From assembly GCA_964016885.1 (NCBI GenBank), contig OZ024740.1, forward strand, positions 144,708,001 through 144,772,000: 64,000 bases of DNA. The letters run 5' to 3'. Below the pieces are notes generated by a model. It worked only from the letters and a program-made list of their open reading frames with translations. It searched no databases and was not told the origin of the DNA. The position numbers and the translations under genes are program-made. Origin of the DNA: Eledone cirrhosa (taxonomy: Eukaryota). Of this stretch, positions 1 to 12,545 are shown piece by piece (position 1 is the stretch's first letter; every line of letters starts with the position of its first letter).

Positions 1-309
1 GGATAATATCAGTAATGGAAAAAAACTTGTTTCATTAGTATGACCTGGAAATCAGTTCCACTCTATTTATCTTCTTTATTAAAGGCAATCAACTTATTTT
101 TTATTTTATTCTTTTTCTTATTTTTCCCTGTTTGTTAAATAAATTCCAAAATATCGAAATTTTGTAATAAAATTTCCATAAAAGTTAATGTTTACAATAC
201 AATAAAATGTAATAAAATGTATTGAAGTCGACGAAATGTGGACCTTCATTTTTGAAAGATGGATAATGCTATAAGCAGACCTTACAATATTGTACCACAA
301 TTTTCCTTT

Positions 310-522
310 GTGCAAAAGTGGGCAGCCGAATTTAGGAAAGGATAGGGGATTCTTGAAGATGACCCAATGTCTGGACGTCCTACAACTGCCACTACCGAAG
401 AAAACATTGATCTCAGTACTGCAACACCGATGGAAGAAGTGTGTGGAACGCAAGGGAGACTATGTTGAAAAATAAACCTCATTTGGTCACATTCCATGAG
501 AGTATCTTTGTCAACCCTCGTA
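310..522 (+). mobile_element. Internally deleted mariner (Tc1/mariner) transposon remnant
   Basis: Translates to the mariner N-terminal motif VQKWAAEFRKG*GILEDDPMSGRPTTATTEENID, joined at ~412 in another frame to the C-terminus LQHRWKKCVERKGDYVEK*. Ends ...ccctcgta like a mariner right TIR plus TA. Confidence 0.8.
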
Positions 523-796
523 TCTATGCGCAATATACGTAAAGATACAGAATTACGGGCACTACAACGCTATTAGCTGTCATATTTGTTGGTGAAAAAA
601 ATTTGATTATAAAACTTAAATTTATGAATGACTTGTTTTCTACATTGATAACCATGACTTGTTTTCTAATTTGGCCCTTTTAAGGGCCACCTATATTTTC
701 ATTTAAGTAACTCCACTTACATCGATATGCTTTATAACCAAGACTTGTTTTCTAATTTGGCCCTTTTAAGTCTTCCCCCTCTCTCTCTAAAAAAAA

Positions 797-870
797 ACGC
801 GTGAAAACTCCACTTACGCGTGGTAGTAATACGGAAATAAACGATGTTGACGAGTGACGTCACCGCCTGT
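797..870. promoter_or_regulatory. Possible promoter element cluster (palindromic CRE, ETS-like core, two ACGCGT)
   Basis: GTGACGTCAC at 854-863, CGGAAAT at ~831 and ACGCGT twice, in locally CpG-retaining non-repetitive sequence. No linked exon identified. Confidence 0.3.
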
Positions 871-2276
871 TTTCCACTGGACTGACAGCTAATAGCCTTG
901 TAGTGCCATATTTTCATTCTAAAAGAATTGCAAACAATTTGTAATGTTATTTATACAACTGTAAATAAACAAACTTAAAGACTCGAGAGAAATTATGATA
1001 AAAAAACAAAAAAAAACTCATTATAATGCAAAATAACGTTGGTATATCATTTAATATGTTAAAATCGTTATTTCTTTTTATGTTATTAAATGATTTAAAA
1101 ATATTAAACAATATCTATTGAATATATGTTAAAAAGTATATTGACTGGATGGTCAATATACGCCTTTGTGCTTTTGTTGTTTTTTTTCTATTATGATGGA
1201 TTATTGAAACATAAAAACTTAACAAATATGTTTTTGTAGCAGCACTTATACATATATAACAGTTTATAAACTGAAATATATTTCCTTGTTTCGCCATTTC
1301 CATTTCAAATTTACATATTACTTTAGAATCATTTTGACGTGTTCATAAATTAGGAATTAACTTTAATCAGTGCCTAACTAAACGCATTTTAAAAATGCTC
1401 ATAATTGTTAATATGAAGTCATCAGAAAATAAAATCAATAGTGCTAGTAATAAAATATTGTTTTTATTTTCATTTAGACAGATATCCATGTTATAAATTG
1501 ATACTATCTACATACGGTGTCAACGCAATTTTGTTTCATAAAATTACTAAAATTTGGTTACAAAACATGGAATGGATTACTTTAAACTTTTTTCTTTTAC
1601 TTTGTGAAATTTTAAAATGCTGAGTTTAAGATTCTGTTTTTTTTTTAAATCAATGCAAAAAAGCTTTAAGTTTTTAATTTAAAAATTGCCAAATTCTGAA
1701 TGTCTGATCTTCAAAACATACAAATTTGAAGACCGTTTTAACTGGAATCTATATGGTGAGGATAAAACAATATAGTTTCAAAAAAAAAGCATCACAAAAA
1801 AGTTAGAGACGTTTTTTTTTAATCCATGCTTATACGATCAATTCTTTGTGACAACACCACCATGTCTGCATCGCCATACAAAATTAATAGTAAAATTGAA
1901 TATAAACTTATTTATATTCAAATATATTTTCGGGGAAAAACTTGATCGTGTAATTTATGTTGGCTCTCATAGTAGGTATACTTTTAAGACCTACACCGGT
2001 GAAGATAAAATGTCCATTTCGAATTTACTTCTTGTTTTCTTTAGGCGGTTCTATCTTTTTAACATGCACTTTATACTGCAATTATATAATAATAAATCTG
2101 CCTAAACATTCCTTCTTTCATACTTCGTAATACTAAAGAAAAGTCTTTGCATATTATACAAGAAAAATATTTTTCCTAGGATTCATTTCTGTTTGATATA
2201 CAAAAACATTTTGTATATGCTTTCATATACATCTCTGTTCTGAATCACAATGGTGTTAGTACTACTCCTAATATAA

Positions 2277-2358
2277 TTGTTTCTACTTTCGGCACAAGGC
2301 CAACAATACCTCAGTGCACTACTGGTACTTTATTTTATCGACCCCGTAAGGATGAAAG
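2277..2358 (-). mobile_element. tRNA-derived SINE family A, 3' fragment
   Basis: ttgtttctactttcggcacaaggcc...actggtactttattttatcgaccccgtaaggatgaaag matches many copies in the window (3196, 32229, 34030, 61590). Confidence 0.8.
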
Positions 2359-2477
2359 CGGCTTACCGTACAGTGTCTGTTGAAAGATTAGGAAATACGA
2401 ATAATAATTTAGGAATCTAGTTTTTAGTCTCTCAAAAATCTATTTAATTATTTATGAAGTCTAATAGTTCCGTCATG

Positions 2478-3080
2478 GGCGATATCCAATTTTAGCTGTC
2501 TAAATGCCGTTTAGTTGCTGCTTACTTCAATGTATGAGGCTATTCCAACAAATTTACATTCCCCCCTTTTTTTAGCCGTTAAAGAAATATAGATTTATTT
2601 ATTTTTTTTTTTTTTACGATTTATTAGAGAGGGGGGTGCTCCCTTCTTCTCTTACTGCATTTTTATTACAACCACTAATACTTACTATTATACCGAGGGG
2701 CCCTGCTCGTTCGGGAAAGCCTCTACAGACACTGATTCCGGGACGGAAACCCCTTGGAAAAGAAATGTCCCAGATGCGTTTGCAACGAGGAAACTGTGGG
2801 GATATGTCGTCGGCCAACAAAAGGCACTCAGTCACAGCCAATTCCATGAAAGATGGGTGAAAGTAGCAATAATGGCCCGTGTACGTGGGCCATCTCTCTA
2901 TATCGGCTTGTACAGGTAAGAGAAGAAGGGAGCATCCCCCTCTCTAATAAATCGCAAAAAAATAAATAAATAAATCTATATTTCTTTTAACGGCTAAAAA
3001 AAGGGGGGAATGTAAATTTGTTGGAATAGCCTCATACATTGAAGTAAGCGGCATTTAGACAGCTAAAATTGGATATCGCC
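2478..3080. mobile_element. Non-autonomous foldback DNA transposon, Merlin-like, containing Tx1/L1-like LINE 3' sequence
   Basis: Long inverted arms 2478-2655 and 2916-3080 starting GGCGATATCC; flanking 8-bp near-duplication ccgtcatg (2470-2477) / ccgtgatg (3081-3088). GG termini with an 8-bp TSD fit Merlin. Confidence 0.7.
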
Positions 3081-3195
3081 CCGTGATGTATTTGGAATTA
3101 AGCTAGTAAACACGATAGCATGAGCTTTATGTGAGCTAAGCCCATGACCTGGTTTCAATGAGATGTAGCCATTTCCTTTAATTTATATCATTAAT

Positions 3196-3358
3196 TGTTT
3201 CTATTTTTGGCACAAGGCCAGCAAAATCACCAGTACATTACTGCTACTTTATTTTATCGACCCCGTAAGGATGAAAGGCAAGGTTAACCTCGGCGGGATT
3301 TGAACTCAGATCATAAAGGGACGTAACTCTATACTTCAAAGCATGGTGTCCGACTCTG
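3196..3358 (-). mobile_element. tRNA-derived SINE family A
   Basis: Same central block as the other copies plus gatttgaactc (B-box GAGTTCAAATC on the minus strand). Confidence 0.8.
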
Positions 3359-3651
3359 CCCTACAAAAAGCATGAACATAATTTCTATTTGGGCTGTATA
3401 CTATTTCGTCAAGATATCTTTTTTGTGAAACATATGAGAATATTGTGCGGAAGCTGTAGAAGAACCCTAGTAAGATGATTCAATTTCAAAATGGTAAAGG
3501 AAGTATGAGCTTAAATAGAATTTTCATATTTTCATTTAACATTTAACAACCCGTAACGATTTAGTAGAACATGTCTAGAACAGGTTTGTTAATTCAAATG
3601 GTTACAGTATCTTTACTAGTTAGTGGACAGACTGTTGTGAAAATTTACAGT

Positions 3652-3990
3652 CATCATCATCACTGTTTTACGTCCGTTCTTCCACGCCAGCATGGGTTAG
3701 ACGGGTTGTCCTGTTGTGGGCAGTGTCCGGTCTGCTGAAGTTATCTTGCTCATACGGGAACTGATTCTGGCCTAATTTCTACAGCTGGATGCCCTTCCTA
3801 ACACCAACCTCATTAACAGTGAGTGCTGGGTACTTTTTTTTTTCCGTGGCGCTTACACGTCCACTTTACAGTGTGGGATGGGTGCTTTTTTGTCATGGCA
3901 CCTCCACGACCACTTTGCAGTAGGAGGAGGTGGGGGCATATTGTCTATATGCTTCAGCTTCGGCTTGTACCAGTGGGAAGTCGGGTCTAG
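3652..3990 (-). mobile_element. RTE LINE 3' UTR fragment
   Basis: (cat)n tail; sequence nearly identical to 13380-13690. Confidence 0.75.
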
Positions 3991-4609
3991 TGATGCAGTC
4001 ACAGTGCAGTTTTGAACCTTTCAAGAATGTCTTGCTAATGTAGTTTCATGTGATACAGGATATCAATAGTTATATTTCTAAGTGATTTTTTGGGGGTTTT
4101 TTTTGCATATGCTGAAAAATTCTAAGAAATAAAAGTAAGTTTAAAGTTATGATATTTATACCTTAGAATACATTTACTAAAACTGATAAAAACCTGTCTG
4201 ATTTTAGTATAAATTTTAAATCTGAGGATCAAATATTTTGCTTATAATTTTAATGAATAAGCATTTTTGTTTGCTTTAGTTTTAGCATTTTAATTTAACA
4301 TTTAATTATAATTTAACAATTAATTAATAAATGTTAATTTTCTTATATATATATATATTATTTTATCTAATATTTTTAATATTAGTTTGGTAGTTGAAAT
4401 TTTATAGCAACTATCATAATTTCAATATCTATTTTCAGTGGGTTTACACCTTTAAACCTTTAGCATTTTAAATCAGCTGTATCCAGCCAGAATTCTCTCA
4501 CCTCTTTCTGTTCAAACCGGCTGTAACTGGCAATTCATGCTGATGTTAAGGTATTGTTCTCAAAATAAATAATATAAAAATCTCATAGTTTCGATATTAT
4601 GTGAGATAA

Positions 4610-7600
4610 TGTATATATATTTCAGTGCAGAAGTAAATGATAAAGTAGAAAATCAAACTTTCCAGTTGTTGTCTTCCTGTTTCTTCTACAACAACTACAA
4701 TGGTACGCGATGGGGCCCACCCACAGCCCCGGCGGACAGAATGGAGAAGGCGTTTCCCCTGAGGACGGCAAAGGAGATGCACTGGAAAAGCCACTCCAAC
4801 TCACGGGGCTCACACCTGCGGCTGGCCAGCTCAGCGCCTATGGTGGTGAGTAAGGAGGTAGCCCTGGGGCCGAGGACACCAGAAGTCTCCACTGCCAGGG
4901 GTACGATCGCAAACCTGTCGGAGAGCGACTGGTATTTGAGGAGTTTGGCCCCCTCAGCCCGACGTGCAGCAGAACCTGGGTCAGTCATAGACTGCACCAG
5001 GTTGCAGCTGCAGAAAGTGTCAGTGCAAGTGGCATCCCAGACAAGGGGTTTGCCACTGCGGAACAGGAAGATGGTCATGCCATCTAGCCTTTTGCCATCT
5101 CAAGCTGGGAAGGGAAGCCTGCAGCGTCCAAGCCATGCTTAATGACCTCGTTGAGGGCAGCATGGCGTGGAATGCGGCCGGCACTGTGGCGACAGGAAAG
5201 CGGGTGGAAGCCGAAAGAGTGCATGGTGGAACCGCAGCGATATTGGTGTGGCTGGCAGATCTGGAGGCCGAGCCTCAGGGAAACGCCGATGTGCAGGCTA
5301 TGGTTGTCTAGCTGTGTGCCAGTGGAGAAGGAGGGCAGGGCATGGAGCCAGGCACCATTGTGGGGTTTGGAGGCCGCACAAAAACAATAAAGGCGGTATT
5401 GGTCGAGCTGGCGCGTGAATCTGTCTGAGGCCAGGCTGCACTGGATGGCATCCCAAGTGCGTTGGAGGGGACTTGACGTCAACAGGGGAGAAGGAGGAGG
5501 GATGTCTACTGGGCTAAGTCCCAGCTGGTCCCACGTCTCACAGGCGGCCTCACGTTCTCTGAATACAGAGGGTTCTGTTGTGTTTTGAAGAACCCTGCTG
5601 ACGAGGACGCGGCACAAGGTTACCAACGAAAGATACACCGACAAAGCTAGTGAGATCGGGGACTGGAGGCCAAGGCCGCCATACCTGACAAGTAAAGTGG
5701 GCTGTTGCCATCCTATGCCGTCAAACTTAACGTTACATATCTCTTCGGCTGCTGCTCGGATACAAGTATCGAGGTCAGCAAGGAGAGATGTCTGGGTGTA
5801 GCATGGAGCGCTGCGGAGTGTATAGATGAGCTTCGGCATGGCGAAGCAGTTCCTCAGCAGAAAGAGAGCTGGGTGGCCGTCAATCAAACCCAGTCGGCTC
5901 GTGAGAGTCTGGAGCTGTTGAAGCCTGGACATGATGGAGGAGTGGATGGCCGGCGGGTCGATCGGTGACCCGAGGATGAGGACATCCTCTTTGGGGGTCA
6001 CCTGCACCTGGCGGAGAATGAACCGCACGTCCAAGACGGAGGCTGCAAAGCTCGCAGCATCGAGGCTGACGTTCACCGCCTCCGACTTGGCCGAGTTGAC
6101 CTGGAGGCCGATTCCCGCGAGGGCAGGAATCACCGATTGAAGGTCATGGCAGACCGTCCGTACGGGCCCGCCCAACGTAGCATCATCCAAATACCAAACG
6201 TTGAGAGGGGCTGTGATACTCCGGGAGATGTGATAAATACAAAGGGCAAACAGGAGGGGTCCCAAAAGGTCACCCTGTTGGACCCCAGTAGCCGAGGGTA
6301 TGACCGTATCAGCAGCAAGGAGCATGCTCGGGGCTCCATATGACAGGTAGGCCAGAGGGGGCTCGGCTTAGGCAGGCCTCGAGCAGATGAAGAGTTGAAG
6401 GCATTCCTCATGTCAAGCTTGACAATGAGGTCCCTGGATGCCGGTTCCGATGGGCAGCTGTTTGATAACTGCCTGGTTGCATGAACGGGCCCCTCACAGC
6501 CACCGGACACACTGACACCCAGTTGCACTGAACTAAACTGTTCACCCAGTTCGTGTGTTACGGACTTGCAGATCACCTTGGCAGCCAGCCTCCGGAAGAC
6601 ATTGCCCACAGCAATGGGGCGTATGCCACCCTCTTTCTTCCTGAGAGCGGTGAGGCTGGCCAAAAAAAAGAGGCCTCGAGTGTAAGGGTCCAGGGCATCA
6701 TGAATGAGCCTATTGGTGAGCGCCACAATTGCACTTAGAAGGCGGCGTCCGGCCTCAGCAGAGAGGGGGGATATCAACTCCTTGAGGTGGCCTGGTTGGA
6801 GACCATCAATACCTCTGCAGCTGCTAGCTGGGAAGGACCTGATGGCGGACATGATATCTGCATCAGTAGCCACAAGGAGCAGGTGGGGGTCGGGTGGGGG
6901 TATGGGTCTGAGATCAGTGGGTGGCTCAGGGTGTTTGAGTCGCAGGGCGGCCAGGACCTCCTCGGTGGGTTGGAGGACAGTGTCCTCTGCGGCAACAACT
7001 CTGACTGCAGCCGACACATCACCCATGATAAGCTTTGCATTTACCTGGTCACGCAAACGCTTGGCGCTGGCCTCGGGGGTGGAGGATAGGAGGTACCTGA
7101 GGGTGGGGTGTGTGGCGTCCCTGGGCACGCTTGGAATGGGCCTTCGCCCAAAGGATGAGACATTGGCCTTGATGAAGGCTGCTGTTGACCGGCCGCCCCG
7201 GTTAGCGCCAGAGCTGGGGAGGCCGAGGGCGAGTGGGGCGAAATAGAACAGCCGCTCACAGTCACTGGCTCGATTGGAGTCGAGGGCGCTCTAAATCGAG
7301 GAAGTGAGGGCATCGACTACCGGCACCCGTGCCGCTCTTGGGATCCTGAGTGGGATCTTCCGGAGCCGTCTGAGCCGAGTGATGTTGACCAGCGAGGCTC
7401 GGGCGTCAGGCAAGCTCGCTGTCCCAGCTGGTGGTGTGCCAGACCGCCATGGCTGGGAAGATGTGGGGAAGAGGCAGCTCCTGCACCTCCACGCTGCGAG
7501 GGCATTGGAAGCTCGACGAGTCAAGCCAACACAGGTGAGGTGGTGGAAGCAACCGCACCCCAAACAGTTCCGGCCCCTCTTCCATTTATTAGTGTTGCTG

Positions 7601-7905
7601 CAGGTGTCGGCTTGGAGGGATGGGACTGGGGCACTGAGCGGCATCAAGGGTGGGTGGCTGGCGTGTGTGAGTGGAAGGGAAAGTGCTGGTAAGAGGGCCT
7701 CATAGCTCACCTATATATACAGAGGTGTCAGAAAACAAGAGAGAAAAGAAGGGGCTGCATGGAGGGGGACACACAGGAAGGTAGAATGTTAGTAAATGAA
7801 TGAGTGAATGGATGAATGTACAAAGAAAAAAAAGGGGGTGGGGGAGAAAACAAGGGGTTGTTCCCAGTGGAAAGACCCAGAGTTCAGCACGCACACATGA
7901 AGCAA
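4610..7905 (-). mobile_element. CRE-clade non-LTR retrotransposon (single ORF: PHD-like finger, RT, CCHC, restriction-like endonuclease)
   Basis: GC-rich island encoding GGIRPIAVGNVFRRLAAK, KLDMRNAFNS, GVQQGDLLGPLLFAL, WYLDD, GGLGL, RCGS...HPLSC...RHAALN, WDATCTDT, AEGAKLLKY, VPLAVETSG, AVLRGNA. Confidence 0.88.
4695..7710 (-). pseudogene. Disrupted RT/RLE polyprotein ORF of the CRE-like element
   Basis: ORF pieces 7291-7710 and 6130-7128 are in the same frame, separated by one stop at 7291-7293. Frameshift/deletion near 6330-6390 and frameshift near 5090 lead to 5084-6325 and 4695-5078. Confidence 0.85.
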
Positions 7906-8289
7906 AGTCTTTTCAGTGAAAATATAATAGTAAATGTAGAGTAATGTAAATGCTAAAGGGTTAAATATGAAATGAAATTAAAATGTTTAATCATAATTAA
8001 GATGAGTCCTAAAAAAATATAGATAATTGTAGCATTCACATGAAATAAACAGAGAAAAAGTCCTTATAATTTATAGGCATTCAGGTAATTATACATGGAA
8101 ACCTACATGAAAAGGTTTTCAGGAAATTGTGAAAAATCATTTTAGATTTCTAAGAATAGAAGTTTGAGCAGCAGGAAGCTGGTTGTGATGATCAGGAATG
8201 CATTTAAAACATATACACAATGCCCTACCCACCAGCACAGAAAAAAAAAGAAAGGAAACAATTGAAATGAAAAAGTAAAAAGTTTGTCC

Positions 8290-8549
8290 CAAGCCTGAGA
8301 GTCTCATCTGGCCTATGCTTATCATGGTTTAACCAGTGTTAAGCAACTAAGAGTTCAAGATTCCGCCATGGACAGGACTCCAGTCCATCATAAGGTTAAC
8401 TCCCAGCTACTGCTGATACTCATTTGCAGTTGAGTGTACTGAACAATGTGAAATAAATTATTTTGCTAAAAAACACAACACACAAACTGATCCAGGAATC
8501 AGACCCACATTATGATTGTAAGTCCAACACCCTAACCACTAGGCCACAA
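8290..8549 (-). mobile_element. tRNA-derived CORE-type SINE (older family)
   Basis: Minus strand reads tggcctagtggttagggtgttggact (A box)...tttatttcacattg...cactcaactgcaaatgagta; similar to 45161-45582. Confidence 0.65.
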
Positions 8550-9127
8550 CTGAAATATGCAATATTAATTTTTTTTTGTGAAATGTTTCCATGTGATGTA
8601 TTACATATTGAGATTATTTGTTGGTATTTTACAAGATAGTTTTCTATAATATTTAAGAGTAAGTGGATTCTGGGACAGCTATAAAGTGTTAATGGACTTT
8701 CACATAACACAATTCATTTTGTGTCACCAGCATGACAAAGGCAAATGATCTAAAAATAAAACATAACCTTTGCTCAATTAAAATTGATAAGTATCTCTAA
8801 ATACAATGAAACATGATATGAGTCCACTCCAAGAAAAACTGTGACTATTTTTTTGTACTTGCTTGTAAAACGACCAGCCAGCTGATTGAAAAGAGTCACT
8901 TACAAAGACATTATAACTCAGCCAATACATATACATTGGGGGTATTATAGTGCATGTTTTGGTTACTTGCTTTTAAGTGGGACATGTGTTGGTTAATTGC
9001 TACTAAGAAAATGATCTACATACCACTAAATGAACCTGTCTTTCCATATTGATTAGTTGTAATATATTAAAATAATAATGAAATTATTGTGCACAATGCT
9101 CAGGTGCACTACAATGCACTATAATTC

Positions 9128-9325
9128 AGGCACAATGCTAGCAAGTTTGGAGAAGGGCAAAGTTGATTAGATCAACCCCAGTAGTTGACTAGTACTTTAT
9201 TTTATCAATTCTGGAAGAATGAAAAGCAAAGTTGCCTTTGGCAGGATTTAAACTCAGAATGTAAAGAGCCAGAATGAATATTGCAATGGTATTCTATCCA
9301 ACAATCTACCAATTCTGCCAATCTA
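9128..9325 (-). mobile_element. tRNA-derived SINE family A (diverged)
   Basis: ggcacaatgctagc...agtactttattttatc...ggatttaaactcagaatgtaaagagc. Confidence 0.65.
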
Positions 9326-9358
9326 GCAGTCTAATGCTTCTAATATATTGTTAAACAC

Positions 9359-12300
9359 TTCTTCTTCTCCTTCTCCTTCTTCTTGAGAGGGTCATGTCCT
9401 CAAACATTCCTTCCAACAGGTCCTGTCAGAAGCAACTATCTCCAACTAATCCGGTTGGATCCCCAAGCAAGACCAGCCAAGCTTATGGATGTTATCCAAC
9501 CATCTTGCACAGGGTCCATCCCTGGGTCTCCTGCTCATAAAATCTGTCCAGTGATTCTTTCCTGAGACATTCTAACCACATGTCCATAGTATCGGAGCTG
9601 TGATCTCTCAATTTGGAGAAGTAGCAGCTCTACCTGGAGTGACTCTCTGATCTCCTAGCTACGCAGTCTATTGAGTAATGTTACTTTAAAAAACCTTCGG
9701 AGGAACCCCATTTCAGCCGCTTTTACTCGTGATCGTATTCTTTTGGGTATTACCCAAGATTCATGACCATAGCAATATAGAATTGAAGATAGCAAATTTG
9801 GCTTTTATACCTACCTCTCTTCCTCTGATTACTGCGAATGCTGAAGTTGGCACACTACTGCAACAGCTTCTGCAATTCTTGCACTTAATTCAGCCTCCTG
9901 CCTTCCATCACTCAAGATATTTGAACTTCTTCACCTAATTCAGTGGGACTCTATTCATATGTAGAGTGCACAGCACAGGCTTCCTTGAGAAGATGAGTGT
10001 CTCAGTTTTCACTGCACTGATTTTCTTTCCAGCCATGCAGCACTCGGCATCAAACCTATCAAATGCAAGTTGGATATCACCTTCTGTCACATTAAGTAAC
10101 ACCATGTCATTTGCAAATTCCAGCCGACTATTTTATAGCTGCCAGTCATGATACCACTTCCAACATGGCTGCGCATGTCAATCCTCTTCATGAAAATAAT
10201 GAACAGGAGAGGTGACAGTATACACCCTTGGTAGAGTCCAACTCCCACATTGAATGGTTTCGATTTAGCACCATTTATCCAAACACAAATACTCAGGCAT
10301 TCATATAGAGACATCAGGGCAACAAGAAGCTAACAATCAATCTGATACTCCTACAAGACCTTCCACAGCAAGTCCTGAGGAACATGGTCATTTGTCTTTT
10401 TGAAGTCTACAAAACAAGAATATACCTCTTGGTAATACTCCCATGATTTCTCGAAGACCTGTTTAAAGTGTGAATATTTGGTTGGCTGTGCTGCGTCCAG
10501 GGTGAAAATTGCATTGTTCATCAGCTAACTTGGACTCGACAATCTCTTTGCCAGACACTTAGCATAGACTTTACCAGGGAGGCCTAACAAGGAGATCCTT
10601 CAGTCATAGGAATAATCTCTCTTGTCTCCTGTTTTGAAAATTGGGATTATCACTCCTAATTGACATTGCTTAGGTGCCTTTCCAGAGATCCAGGCCACCT
10701 GGCACACACGAGTCAACCAGAGAATACCTTCTCTATTTAAAACTTTTAACATCTCGAGCCGGATTTCATCTTCCCCACGGCCTTGCCACATTTGAGCTCT
10801 TTAACTGTTCTTGTGACCTCAGCCTCTGAGAAATTAGTTACCACTCCCAGAGGCATCTCGTGTATATCAGAAGATATTGTTGTGATTGGGTTTAGGAGGT
10901 CAGAAAAGTATTTTATCCACCTCACTAAGATGCACCTCTCTGAAGACAGAAAATCCCCAGATGCATTCCTGATAGCAGGTGTAGAGAAGGATTTATTATT
11001 ATGAAGTCAGCAGATGCTCTGCCAGAATATTTTATTTGCTGATCTGAAGTTTGATTCCAGCTTAATCCCAAAGTCCTCCCATGTCTTAACTTTGGATGCT
11101 TTTACTGTCTCTGCTGCTATTCTTCATACCTACTTGTACAGCAAGTGCAAGAAGAAGGACTCATTTCCAAGCCAAGCTTTATAAGCCTCCTTCTTTGCTC
11201 AGATGGCATCTTTGACCTCTTGATTGAACCAAGGTGTCTTCCTGAATTCCGGCACCACACCAAGCCTCTTTCTCCTACAGTATTTAACAGCTGAAGCAGA
11301 AACTGCTGAGCTGAACAATCTCCACTCTGTCTCAATATCCTCAGCTTGCTCAGGGAGTTCTCTAAATTAGAATGCAATAGTATCTGCATACCTGGTCCTA
11401 ACTCTCTTATCCACCAATGCTTTCCACTTTATCCTGTAGGTCACTCTGGAACTGTTTGTGGGCTCCTTTGGCTTTAGATGTTATCAAGTTACAGATAACT
11501 AGATGGTGATCAGTTGACAGCTCAGCCCCTCTCTTAACATGAACATCCAGCACAGAATTGAAGAAATCAGACACAATAACAAAATCAATTATTGATCTGT
11601 CTTTGATTCCTCTTATACCATGTATATTTATGGATGTCTCTGTGCTAGAAGAAGGTGTTCATAATAGAGAGTCCATTGCTAGAACAAAAGTCTAATGAAG
11701 GATCTGTATTGGGACTCCTTGTTTGGTGCATAAACTTGCACTACCCATAGAGACCTATCTTTCAGCCCAAGTTTCAAGAGGCAAATCTTCCCTCTTAATG
11801 AGATCCACTCCATAATACATTCTGACAGCTGGGGGCTTGTGAGTATCCCAACTCCCGTCTGTGCAATCATTTCTGGCACCATAACCTGAGTAGTGGAGTT
11901 TCCATCCTCCATCTACAGTGTCAGAGCCACGGAACTTTGTTGAGGAAGCTCTGACTATATCTAACCGGTAGCATCTAGTCTCCTCCACTAGTTCCTTCTC
12001 TTTACCTGTAAGTGTTGTGATGTTCCAGGTTCCAGTTTTCAAGGTTTGCTCCCTTCCTCCCGTCTGAACCCTCTTTTGGGGTCTCAGGATACGCGGTCTT
12101 TATGTTCCATCCCACACCTTCCAGGACAGGTCCCAGGCACATCATCAGTTTTTGTGGCATGAAATGGAGACTGCAATATATTTTTCGGACAGGCTCCTCT
12201 ATCTAAGGCCTGAATGACTCCCTTGTTAACCTGCAAAAAGAATGATGTGGTATTGTTCTTTTTTGTACCTCTCACCATATTGCAATTTTGGTTGTCTTAG

Positions 12301-12545
12301 TCAGGCCAGTCACTAATCTGGTACTTTCTCAAACCTGCAAAAACTAGGCTTTTTTAGAGGCGACCTTTACTCGCTTCATCATAGCTAAATCACTGGGTTG
12401 CTTCAACTCCCCTACTAGTTTATTACCGTTGGTCAGGGGTAGCTTATTTGTCCAGCAGCTGCTCACTTATATCGCAACTAACTATCATATCTTGTGACTG
12501 TATCACTATAAACCAACTGTGACCCTTTCTCTAGCAGAACAGCTT
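9359..12545 (-). mobile_element. Full-length decayed RTE LINE, Expander/Rex3-like
   Basis: APE start GTWNITTLTGKEKELVEE...RLDIV; RT pieces GVIIPIFKTGDKRD and GVGLYQGCILSPLLFIIFM; (gaa)n tail at 9359-9385; 11-bp TSD ttgttaaacac at 9348-9358 and 12546-12556. Confidence 0.88.

Larger units (their letters stand above)
4452..7964. mobile_element. TTAA-flanked MITE (family 1) split by a CRE-like retrotransposon
   Basis: Left half 4452-~4609 and right half ~7905-7964 together match the intact copy at 46216-46430. Termini ttaa-(a/c)ccttta...taaaggg-ttaa. Confidence 0.8.

Noticed and set aside
627-770. Repeated gacttgttttctaatttggcccttttaag as a CRISPR-like array
   Set aside because: Only two to three irregular copies in eukaryotic DNA with no cas genes; local duplication.
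4609-7705. Plus-strand ORFs (4609-5142, 6704-7246, 7304-7705) as host genes
   Set aside because: Antisense shadows of the GC-rich CRE-like ORF.
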